A stretch of 64,000 nucleotides of DNA, from assembly GCA_964016885.1 (NCBI GenBank), contig OZ024743.1:307272001-307336000 (forward strand), in the 5' to 3' direction. Source of the stretch: Eledone cirrhosa (Eukaryota). Below are positions 52,651-64,000 of this stretch, one piece after another (position 1 is the stretch's first letter; every line of letters begins with the position of its first letter). The position numbers were made by a program, and so were the translations under genes. A model generated the notes under the pieces. It saw only the letters and a program-made list of their open reading frames with translations. It was not told where the DNA came from and ran no database searches.

Positions 52651-54307
52651 ATAATAATAATGAAATTATTGTGTACAGTGCTCAGGTGCACTACAACTCA
52701 TCAAAGGTGCATGTATAGTACATAGAATAATGTACAAATGTCAGGAAAATAAACAGTGTATGAGTCATGATATAATAACAATAACAATAATGAAATATTG
52801 TGCACAGTGCCCAGGTGCACCACAACCCATCAAAAAAATGCATGTACAGTACATAGGGAAATGCACAAACATCAGTAAAATGAACAGTGCACGAGTTATG
52901 ATACACACATGTGTGCATGTGTATGGAAGGGGCACATCAGGTGTAGTTTTGGCGTATTTCGGGAAGCATGAGTGTCTTAAAGGATGCAGTGTCTCGGCAG
53001 CTAACAATTGACGCAGGCAGTTTGTTCCATGCCTCAGCAACTCTGAGCGTGAAAAAATGTCTGCGAAAGTCATGGGAGCTGTGCTGTTTTCTTATCTTGT
53101 AGGCATGTCCACGTGTGTTAGACACATGGAGATCAAAGAGGCGCTCAGGGTTGCAGTTGGCGAGATGGTTAAAAACTTTGTGGGTATTCACCAAGTCCAT
53201 TGCCAGACGTCGGAGCTTCAATGAATCCATGCCCAGGGAAGCAAGGCGTTCAGAGTATGGTAGGTGTCTGATGGAGGGTATGCGCTTGGTTGCACGTCTC
53301 TGAACAGTTTCCAGGAGGTCAATGTTCTGAGCAAGATAGGGGTTCCAGACTGATGATGCGAATTCCAAGTGTGGTCGCACCATAGCTGTATACAGTTTTA
53401 AATAGATGGCTGGAGAGCGGCTAACAAAGGTCTTGCTGAGTGATGCCAAGACACCCTCGGCCTTCTTGACAATCTTAGAGACATGCTTTGTCCAACGCAA
53501 ATCGTTGCTGACAGTAATGCCCAGGTCACGTTCACAAGAGGACTTTTTGATGTCAGTGTTGTGGAGGGAGTATGTGGACGCTGGATTTTTCCTTCCAAAA
53601 TGCATGGTGGTACACTTGTCCACAGCCAGCTTCAGTTGCCAGTCTGTGATCCATTGCTGCATTGTGTCCAGGTCTGATTGTAGGAAAGAGTTGTAAATTT
53701 CAGGATCAGTCCTTTTGATTTCAAGGTACAGCTTGATGTCATCTGCATATTTTAGTACCGTGGCATTCTGTAAGTTGGCATCTATGTCGTTAATATATGC
53801 CACAAACAAAAGAGGACCAAGAACAGATCCCTGTGGTACACCAGATGACATCTCATATGGTGAAGAATGCTGTCCCAGAACCGTGACTACTTCCTTTCGG
53901 CTGAGAATGAAGGATTTCAGCCAGTCGAAAAGATCATCCCTCACACCCATTGCAGAGAGTTTTGCCATAAGTCTTTTGTGTGGCACAGAATTAAAAGCCT
54001 TAGCAAAGTCAAGGTAAACAACATCCACCCATGAGCCGCTGTCAGTGATCCGGGTGATGTCCTCAAGGAACTCGATAAGCTGATCACAGCAGCTGGAGTT
54101 AGGGATAAATTCAAACTGTGAGGGCCGGATGAGGCTGTGAGAGCTCCAGAAGTTCCAAAGTGTTTCTCTGACACAGGATTCCATCAGTTTGGCCATACAG
54201 CTAGTAAGACTGACTGGACGATAGTTGACAGGTGACATGCGGTTGCCCTTTTTGAACAGGGGAATGACACTGGCAGTTTTCCACTGCTCCGGAGTAGCAC
54301 CATTGCT
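52651..54307 (-). mobile_element. CR1-type non-LTR retrotransposon, 5'-truncated, RT ORF open
   Basis: ORF 54238-52937: NYRPVSLTS, YLDFAKAF, GVPQGSVLGP, YADD, DLG, VRPHLEFASSVWNP, VQRRATK, TRGH, FFTLRV..WNKLP. Tandem repeats in 3' UTR and a (TTA)n tail. Possible TSD TGTATT(A/C)TAATA at 52639 and 54308. Confidence 0.88.
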
Positions 54308-55079
54308 TGTATTCTAATACAAAGTTCTCTTAGTAAATCCCTTGCTTTTAAATTACACCCAGCATGCGAGTGGCAAACAAAAGTTTGAGAAACTTGTAAA
54401 AACTTTGTAAAACGGATGAAATGGAAAAAATAATAACACAGTAGAGTTGTAAAACAAAAGCTATATACTCAACAACACTTAAAACCTTCTAAATATCAAA
54501 ATATTAAAGCTTCATAAATATATTTTATACGCATGAGAATTTCAAAACCACACTATCTATACATAATGTGTTGATTAGCTGCCTTGTCTTATAAATGAGG
54601 TTTGAATTTTTGCCCATTTCTCACACTTAAAATAGGAGTCGACTTATACTCAAGTATATATGGTAATTTTCTTTCTAGATTTTTACACCTAGAAATTAGA
54701 TGTGTACATTATACAGAAATAAATGTCACCTACTTTTTCTTGGTTCTAGATGTGTAGAAATATTTGGGATGGCATAAATAAATTATATCTATTGTCAGAT
54801 GATGATAATGATGAAGATGATGATGATATGTGTGTGTTGGACGTCTGTTGATTCCAAAGATGAGTGTCCTTGTTGTTTGAGAAACAGGGAAGCCTGCTTA
54901 TGAAATTGATATGTAAGTGGCTAAGCATTTCATAGATACATGTGCCCTCAACATAATTCTCAGGGAGAGTCAGCATGAGACAGTGTATGACAAGGATGGA
55001 CCTTTGAATCACAGATAAAACTCATTTTTTTTTCCAGTGAAATGATGAAATTAAATATTTATTTAGTATATTCACTGTT

Positions 55080-55715
55080 ATATACTTAGTTTGTGTATAT
55101 ACACTGCCATATACCTTAGTTTGTGTATATACACTGCCATATACCATAGTTTGTGTATATACACTGCCATATACCTTAGTTTGTGTATATACACTGCCAT
55201 ATACCTTAGTTTGTGTATATACACTGATATATACCTTAGTTTGTGTATATACACTGCCATATACCTTAGTTTGTGTATATACACTGCCATATACCATAGT
55301 TTGTGTATATACACTGCCATATACCTTAGTTTGTGTATATACACTGATATATACCTTAATTTGTGTATATATACTGCCATATACCTTAGTTTGTGTATAT
55401 ACACTGATATATACCTTAGTTTGTGTATATACACTGCCATATACCTTAGTTTGTGTATATACACTGCCATATACCTTAGTTTGTGTAAATACACTGATAT
55501 ATACCTTAGTTTGTCTATATACACTGATATATACCTTAGTTTGTCTATATACACTGCCATACACCTTAGTTTGTGTATATATACACTGCCATATACCTTA
55601 GTTTGTATATACACTGATATATACCTTAGTTTGTATATACACTGATATATACCTTAGATTGTGTATATACACTGCCATATACCTTAGTTTGTATATACTA
55701 TTATATACACTGCTA
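55080..55715. repeat. 30-bp minisatellite (ATACCTTAGTTTGTGTATATACACTGCCAT)
   Basis: About 20 highly homogeneous units. Confidence 0.95.
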
Positions 55716-56752
55716 TATCGGTGGTTGTTAACTAAATACAACAAAATTTGTAAGTAATGTTTTTATATGAGATTATCAGAAAATGTAATTGTCATCTTTT
55801 ATAAAATAAAATTGTGATCTTTTATAAAATGACTGACAGTAAAATAAAAGCGAAAGAAAATTATTTTTCACCAGTTCAATAATTCTAGAAGGATAAAAAA
55901 ATAATGAAATTCACAGCTCACACCCATACAGGTTTAATTGATGAGTTTGCCTATCATTGGATGTTTCTTTGGTATTGTAATGTTAGGGGCTCCAGTTCTA
56001 TCATGGAAAACAATGTGAAATGAGGATCTTGCTGAAGAACACAATATACCACCTGGTCCAAGAATTGAACCCACAACCTTATGATCATGAGTTCATTATA
56101 CATGAGAGATAGTCTTTATAGTATTCATTTTCCATAATTATAGGTGTACACTATACACAATAATTAGGGGTGTACATTATACGTGAATAAATGCATTGTT
56201 TATTTCCCATAATAAGGGATGTATATTATATATGAATAAATACAGTATTCATTTCCCATAATCAGGGGTGTACATTATACACGAATAATTAAGCATGTAT
56301 ATTATACACAAATAATTAGGGGTGTATATTATACACAAATAAATAGGTGTGTACATTATACGCAAATAAATACAGTATATATTTTAGGAGTAACTAAGTT
56401 CATTCTGAAGCTGACTTTGATTATGATTATTTAATACAATAAAGAGTGGATTTAGCAACTCTGGTCTGATCCTTCAAGTTATTTATTTTCAGAATAGTCC
56501 TTCATCTGAACCAAAGTTCAAGTTCTGTCACACTTTTATCTCCTCAAAGAATTATAAAATATGTAACAGAAATACACTGCGTATGTTCCATGCACGCAGT
56601 TATACAAATGAAATTCTGTATTGATGTATCTAATATAATATATTGCTTTATCAAACCACTAGAGATGCTAAATAGGACATTAAAACCATTAAAATACCTA
56701 GGAGAGCTCCTGTAAGATGTAACCTTATAGGAGGCCAGATAGACCTGCATAG

Positions 56753-56793
<41 letters not shown>

Positions 56794-56846
56794 ATTTAAC
56801 ACTTCACTGCTCGCAAGTGTTTTTTAAGCTTCATATCATGTCTCCC

Positions 56847-56917
56847 TATTTTATCTGATGAGAACGCAAATATCATCCCATGATGATATTTGTTTTTGAA
56901 ATGCGCATAATAAAATA
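56847..56917 (+). ncRNA. Type I hammerhead ribozyme motif (Penelope/retrozyme-type)
   Basis: Stem I TATTTTAT/ATAAAATA; CTGATGA core at 56855; stem II with an 11-bp perfect CAAATATCATC/GATGATATTTG helix; GAAA at 56898; palindromic stem III A-TGCGCA-T; cleavage triplet AUA. Confidence 0.75.
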
Positions 56918-57402
56918 TTTGGAACTCTTTTAACCATCTTTTGATCTTATATTATATATATATGTATATATATATATATATATATATAAATATATATATA
57001 TGTAGGATAACAATAAATCGTTAAAGGTAATCCGATAAGTGTCTGTGAAAACTACTTATCATGGACAGTTTAAGCATACGGTGCTATGTGACTCAACAAG
57101 AGGTTTACTTGGGTGACGAGTTTATGACTTCACTTGTATTCCTATGTAAATATATCTTGGAGTAATAAAATTAATAATAATTTCTGATGAAATGATTGAA
57201 CTTATATGTATTTTAAATTGAATTATGCTGTCTCCAGTGTTTAGCAATTTATAGACAACTCTATCATGGAAACAATTGTTAGACTGTAAATAAATCTCCT
57301 TGTCTGTACTGTTAACCATGTTATTCTTCACTTTTTTAAAATATATATATATATATATATAAGCCTTGTTACTCTGGAATTTCATCTGTGCACTCACAGA
57401 GT

Positions 57403-57743
57403 CATCATCATCATCATCATTTCATTTTACGTCCGCTTTCCTTGATTGCAAGGGTGGGATGGGAACTGATTCTGGCTTGATTTCTACAGCTGGATGCCCT
57501 TCCTAACACCAACCTCATTTACAGTGAGTGCTGGGTGCTTTTTTGCCGTGGCACCTCCACGACCACTTTGCAATGGAATGATAGGGACCCCAGTCCCTAT
57601 CATCTCATTTCTACAGCTGAGTAAACTGGAGCAATGTGAAATAAAGTGTCTTGCTCAAGGAAACAACACATCACCCGGTCTGAGAATTGAACTCACAACC
57701 TTGCGATTGCAATGCCAATGCTCTAACCAGTAAGCCATGTGGC
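57403..57743 (-). mobile_element. tRNA-derived SINE family A
   Basis: Reverse complement of 38659-39000. Confidence 0.8.
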
Positions 57744-57877
57744 TAAGTATATATACAAATATATATATAAATATATATATATATATATCCAAAATTAAGG
57801 GTGTCATGTCCGAGAGACATGCACCATATCCACTGTAGAATAAGCTCAAAGATTCCAATGAATAGATCTGAGCATTT

Positions 57878-58162
57878 TATATCAACTAGAAATTGATTGA
57901 CACATATATATATCTAAAATAAACACATGAAACAATCACAGGGGATAATTTGTAAAGTGTGTAAGCACACACAGCTAGGTAGGTAACTAATTAAAGTTTA
58001 ACTAGAACTTCAAATATAGATACCTTTTAAAATGATTAATCTTTCTTGTATATATTTCATTAAAGAAATATATTTCTTTAAATATTACAAATTATCCCCT
58101 GTGATTGTTTCATGTGTTTATTTTAGATATATATATGTGTCAATCAATTTCTAGTTGATATA
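57878..58162. repeat. 78-bp perfect inverted repeat with 129-bp spacer
   Basis: 57878-57955 is the reverse complement of 58085-58162. Confidence 0.9.
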
Positions 58163-58175
58163 TATATATATATAT

Positions 58176-58295
58176 ATAGGAACCAGTAAGACCCCGACAG
58201 CTGAGCTCAAGCCGTTTCGACGGCTAATTCTGGACGTCCAGAATTAGCCGTCGAAACGGCTTGAGCTCAGCTGTCGGGGTCTTACTGGTTCCTAT
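58176..58295. repeat. 120-bp perfect loopless palindrome
   Basis: The 60-bp arms were checked base by base. Centre GGAC|GTCC at 58235/58236. Confidence 0.95.
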
Positions 58296-58371
58296 TACCC
58301 ACTCTACTACCTCAAGTATTGAGTACTTTGGTGCGTTATGGTCCACCTGGTTCCTTACCACATTTCCTTCG

Positions 58372-58411
<40 letters not shown>

Positions 58412-59155
58412 TCATCATCATCATCATCATCTTCGTTTAACATCCATTTTCCCCGCTAGCATGGGTTAGACGGATATATATATATATATTATATATATAT
58501 ATATAATAACGTTTTGTTTGATATATGTGTGTGTGTGTGTATCATTTTCATCATCACAGAGATTTCAATGTATTTCGAGATGCGGGATATAATATGTTTC
58601 TTGTCTCAGTCAACTAGAATTGGAAACTATGTATTAAGAGTGTTTGAAGAAGAAAGGAATATTTTTGGCTGAATTGATGTATGATGAGAGTTATGATCAA
58701 TATACCAACATAGAGGTAAATACTGAAATATGATAGTCAAATATGATACAGATATAGATTACTTGGATGAAATGGGTGGGGTGTATATTGATTGACATAC
58801 CACCGTAGAGGTAAATATGAAAATAATAGTGAGATATTATATATAACCTTTTCTGTAAAAATGAAACATTTTTTTTTTTTGAAATGATACAAAAGTGATC
58901 ATAAATTGTTGTATGAAAACTGGCATTATGAATTGTTTTTATGGAGCAAGAGGCATAAAGAAAATTGATATATAAGCAGAGGTATAGCTGTGCAGTTAAA
59001 AAAATTCCCATTACAACCACATGGTTCAATTTGCACAGCATGGCTCCTTGAGCAAGTAACTTCTACTATATCCTTGGGTGGATTAATGCCTTGTGAGTGG
59101 AATTTGGTGAACAGAAGCTGTGTCGAAGTCCATCATATTTGTGTGAGTGTGTGTG

Positions 59156-59691
59156 CAGTGCCGGATTTACCATTGTGTGTCATCATCATCATCACCATCA
59201 CCGTTTTACGTCCATTCTTCTATGCTAGCATGGGTTAGACGGGTTGTCCTGTTGTGGGCAGTGTCTGGTCGGCTGACCATGTCTTGCTTATACAGGAACT
59301 GATTTTGGCTTGATTTCTACAGCTGGATGCCCTTCCTAACACCAACCTCATATACAGTGAGTGCTGGGTGCTTTTTTGTGGCGCCTACACGTCCACTTTA
59401 CAGTGTGGGCTGGGTGTTTTTTTACCGTGGCACCTCCACGACCTCCTTGCAATGGGAGGGTGTGGGGGCATATTGTCTATATGCTTCAGCTTGTACCCAT
59501 GGGAGGTCGGGTACTCTGTATTACTGCGTGACACCAGTGTAGATGCAGTTAAGCACAGGTCCATCCTGGCCAACAGGGTTCATCTTCCTGAACACCCAAA
59601 TTTTTTACCAGGCATATCACCTTCAGAGCCTAAGTAAAGGGCCTCGTAACTTAATTAGCACAGGGCCTCATTTGTCCTAAATCTGGCACTG
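59156..59691. mobile_element. hAT-type MITE interrupted by an RTE-tail element
   Basis: TIRs CAGTGCC(G/A)GATTTA and near-identical 8-bp flanks TGTGTGTG / TGTGTATG. A related end occurs at about 14488. Confidence 0.6.
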
Positions 59692-60039
59692 TGTGTATGT
59701 GTTTTATTACTCTATTACTTTAATACATGTTCCAGAAAACAGACTGAGGCCATGCTGGGGTTTACTATTTGTTTATGCCCCAGAACTTATTTTCCATAAC
59801 ATAATGGTTCAACAGAAAGAGAACAATAAAATATGTTCCAGATTTAAAAATAAGTACTGGTCATCGATATAACCAACTAAATCTCTTCAAGGCAGTGCCC
59901 CAGCATGGCCGCAGCCTAATGACTGAAACTAGTAACAGAATAAAACTGCAATAACTGGGGGGTCACAATCTGCTGTATGAAAGCTGGTGTTTGTAGATTG
60001 ATGTATAAAATTAGGAAATGACCCCCAAGCGTCTTTGAA

Positions 60040-60622
60040 GTAATGTTACTCGATAGAGTGCATAGCTCGGAGATCAGAGAGTTACTTCAGGTAGAGCTGC
60101 TACTTCACCAAATCGAGAGATCACAGCTCCGATACTATGGGCATGTGGTTAGAATGTCTCAGGAAAGAATCGCTGGACAGATTTTAGGGGCAAAACCAAC
60201 CGGCAGGAGACCCAGTTGTAGACCCCAAGCAAAATAGTTGGATAACATCCATGAGCTTGGCTGGTAATACTTGGAGATCCAGTTGGATAAGTTGGAGATA
60301 GTTGCTTCTGACAGGACCCACTGGAAGGAGTGTTTGTAGTCTTTTCCCCCACAACTCTCTCACAAATAAGTGGGCGAAGAACAAGAAGAGTTACGCACTC
60401 TATCGAGTAACATTACTATAAAGATCCTTTGGAAGAACCTCATTTCAGCCATTTGTATTCGCGATCGTATTCTTTTGATCATTATCCAAGATTTATGACC
60501 ATAGGTAAGGTTAGCCAAGAATACCAAATTGAAGATAGCAAGTTTGACTTTTACACCCGCCTCCTTTTTTCTGATGACCGAATGCTGAAGCTGGCGCATT
60601 ACTGCACCAGCTTCTGCAATTC
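60040..60622. mobile_element. Rex3/Expander-like RTE fragment, rearranged (plus-strand 3' part followed by inverted upstream part)
   Basis: Plus: LLDRV.SSEIRE...IERSQLRYYGHVVRM to GAA tail at about 60388. Minus 60392-60622: RIAEAGAVMRQL...AEMRFF. Confidence 0.72.
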
Positions 60623-61152
60623 TTTCACTTGAGGAAAAATTAATCAATAAAGATACTGCAATATAAAGTAGCTTTATAGTAGTGATGTCATGGTGTGTGT
60701 GTGCATGTGTTTGAGTGTGTATCTGTGTGTGTGTGTGTGTGTATCTGTGTATGTATCTCTGTGTGCGCATATATATATGTATGTGAGTGTGTCTTTGTGA
60801 GTATGTATGTGTGTAGGAGTAGATTTGTGTGAATCAGTGTGTGTCTGCGCATGTATATATCTGTATGTGTCTCTGTATGTATGTATATGTGAGTGTATGT
60901 ATCTGTGTGCATCTCTGTATGTAAGCATATGAGTACATACGTGTGTGTGTGTCTCTGGGTATATGTATGTGAGTGTGTCTCAGTGTGTATGTATGTGTGT
61001 ACGTGTATCTGTGTGGGTGTGTCTGCGCATATGTATGTGTGTGTGTGTGTGTCTGCATGTGTGTGTATGTATATATGTGTATGTGTGAATGTGCGTATTT
61101 GGATGTATTTCTGGGTGCTTGCATGTGAGTACATATGTGTGAGTATGTATAC

Positions 61153-61190
<38 letters not shown>

Positions 61191-62359
61191 CTTCATACCA
61201 ACCCAAAGACATAATAAATAACTAGGTGTGTCAAATCACCAACATTTTAGAAAGTCAGAAGCAATTCTAACAAATTTAGTGTTGAAAGAGTTGATCTATT
61301 AAATGGAAATTGTAGAAGAAACTGTGTTGGAGATGTTCTGATAATATGGACAGGATAAAAGAGCAGATAACCTATATGATAAGTATGTTTATCACAGTGG
61401 AGACATGCATATATATATATATATATATAGTCCCACCCTTGCAAGCAGGGGATGATGATGATATATAAATATATTGCAAATGTTCCGCTCACACTATTAT
61501 TAGTATTATTGTTGTATTTATCATTTCACTAGCCCCCACAACACATTTATTTTTTTACCCTCGTTTTCTTTTCCCATGCTGGCCACTATGGCTGTCTCTC
61601 TACGAAGTCATCTACTCCTTCCTCTCTCAGATTATTATTATTATTATAATAGGGCGGTGGATTGGCAGTATCGGTAGAGAGTCGGACGCCATACTTTGCA
61701 GCAAAGAGTTACGGCCCTTGCCATTCTGAGTTCAAATCCTGCCGAGGATAACTTTGCCTTTCATCCTTACGGGGTCGATAAAATAAAGTACTAGTAATAC
61801 ACTGGGATAATTGCTGGCCTTGTGCCAAAAGTAGAAACAATTATTATTATTATTGTTGTATTTACCACTTCGCTGTCTCTATGAAGTCATCTACTCCCTT
61901 CGAAATCATAACATTTCGCCTTGTCTAATATACGTACTTGTATCGGTTTATTTTGCCCTGAGATGCTATAGGCCATGATGGCTACCTATCTCACAATTTC
62001 CCTCTCGCCCACCCCCTCACACCACCATAGCCTATTCGACCAATCAAACCTTTGCATATCCCCCCCACCCATTACCAACCCCAACAAAATCTGCCATTAC
62101 TACTACTACCTACCTCTCTCCTCACCCGTCCCAGCCCCAACAAACCCTGCCATTATTACCACCACCACTGTTCTTCTAGCCCTGAATTCTCCTACCGTTA
62201 TGTATGGATGAGCTGAGAATAAATGGAACAGCCCCAAATTAATAAATGAATATGAATCCGTGAGCTACCAAGCACCCATGTGAAGCCCCAATCCAGAGAG
62301 AGGAAGCATACACACACCCCTGCAGAAATCAACCCTTTCCCACGAATGTTGACAAATGC

Positions 62360-64000
62360 CCAAACGTCCGAGTTGGAACTATCAATGTAAGCACAATGAA
62401 AGGAAGAGCAGGAGAAATTGTAGAGATGCTAGAGCGAAAGGAAATTGATGTATGCTGTGTGCAAGAGACTAGATGGAGAGGAGAGCCTGCTTGAGTCCTT
62501 GTAGGAAAAAGTCAGTTCTACAAATTTTTCTGGGTGGGAAATGACGATGGGATGGGTGGTGTAGGTATCCTACTAGCTGACAAGTGGGTAGATAAGGTAA
62601 TCTCAGTGAACAGGGTGAATGCAAAAATCATTAAACTCAGACTAGTCCTGAATAAAACAATTACCACAATAATATCAGCTTACGCACCCCAGACAAACTT
62701 AAGGATAGGTTTTACGAGTCCCTAATGCACACTACTGCTCTAACAAACGACAATGACTTCCTAATCATTGCATGAGATTTTAACAGACACGTAGGTAAAC
62801 ACTGTGGTGGCTTCTATAGAGTCCATGGGGTTGGCACAAGAAATGAAGAAGGATTCAGGCTTTTAGAATTCTGTGACGCCAATGACATGTCGATATGTAA
62901 CACAAACTTCAAAAAACCCAACAACCACCTGATCACCTATAGATCAGGGGAGCATTCAAGTCAGATAGATTTTATCCTCATCAGAGGACGTGACAGATGG
63001 ACGGTCGTAAACAGAAAAGCCTTCCCTAGTGAGGAATGTACCTCCCAACATAGCTTAGTTGTCAGCGACATCACGGTCAGAACTAGACGAACCTGGAAAG
63101 AGAAGCCAACCTGGAGAAGAAAGATCTGGAAGCTGAAAGACCCCTCAGCCAGTAACAGATTTAGAGATATTTTACTCAACGCCTACGACAGTAAAGAAGA
63201 ACAGATAGAGACATTCAATGTAGAAGAGCACTGGGAGTTCCTAAAAAATGACTTACTAAAGGCGACGGATGAGATCTGTGGCTGGAGTAAGACCACAAGC
63301 AGGAGGAGAGTGACTTGGTGGTGAAACAATAAGGTAGATGAGGCAGTTAAAGCCAAGAGACAGGATGGAAAAAATGGAAGAACGGGGGAAGCAGGGTACA
63401 TTACATAGAGACCAGGGGGGAAACTAAGCGACAAGTATACTTAGCTAGGAGGGAAGCAGAGGATAGAAAATTCAAGCATGTTTTGCAATGTGAGGACCAG
63501 AAACAGGAGGTGTTCAAGATTGCAAGGCAGTGTGTCAGAGAGAATTGCGATGTCATTGGAGAGAAGTGTATCTGGAATGATAAAGGTGAGCTTGCCCTCA
63601 CAAGTGCTGAGAAAAAAGATGTGTGGAAGAGCCATTATGATAGATTACTAAATGAGGAGAATGCATGGGAAGAAGAGACCCTACCCCAAGTAGACCCTAT
63701 AGAGGAGCCAGCAGTACAAGTCAGCAGCAGTGTAGTAAGTAAGGCAATCAAAGATATGAAGACAGGGAAGGCAACTGGTCCATCGAGTATAGCTGCCGAG
63801 ATGCTGAAGGCATCTGGGTCGGTAGGTCACACCATAACCACACGTATTGTTAACCAGGTAATACTAGAAGGTGTCATATCAAAAGATTGGTGCAATAGCA
63901 TCATTGTCAACTGCTACAAAGGTAAAGGTGATGCACTAGATAGAGGAAACTATAGAGGTATAAAGCTGATGGACCAGGTCATGAAAGTAACAGAAAGAGT
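62360..64000 (+). mobile_element. Older RTE subfamily copy with APE N-terminus, decayed, runs off the window end
   Basis: NVRVGTINVSTMKGRAGEIVEMLERKEIDVCCVQETRW..., then APE and linker to NYRGIKL. Many stops and frameshifts. C-rich upstream region (from about 61990) may be 5' UTR. Confidence 0.9.

Noticed and set aside
53115-54174. Antisense and alternative-frame ORFs over the LINEs (also over all RTE copies)
   Set aside because: Shadow ORFs of RT coding sequence.
55022-55645. Regular 30-bp repeats (CRISPR-like or repeat-protein appearance)
   Set aside because: Head-to-tail units with no unique spacers, no cas genes, and a eukaryotic context.

Overview
AT-rich, microsatellite-dense eukaryotic DNA; the repeat content suggests a cephalopod such as Octopus (inference). 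It holds two convergent intron-containing host genes. On +, eight 3' coding exons of an acid sphingomyelinase (SMPD1-like, 15303-24287). On -, four exons of a divergent SLC16/MCT transporter (43239-37740). The rest is mostly mobile DNA: seven plus-strand copies of an RTE LINE whose ORF carries a C4HC3 PHD-type finger inside the RT C-terminal region, a CR1-type LINE, other RTE/Rex3-like fragments, two tRNA-derived SINE families, an internally deleted piggyBac, a Chapaev3-like transposon with a matching MITE, hAT and pogo-like MITEs, Helitron remnants and minisatellites. The most notable unannotated signal is a set of sequence-unrelated hammerhead-ribozyme-like motifs, mostly in short islands between (TA)n tracts. 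The best is at 56847-56917, and a U3-A8 variant lies at 4105-4142 (-). There are also (TA)n-associated perfect inverted duplications, including a 120-bp loopless palindrome (58176-58295) made of two hammerhead 3' halves. Together these suggest Penelope/retrozyme-like ribozyme-bearing elements that target TA microsatellites. All folding and alignment was done by eye.
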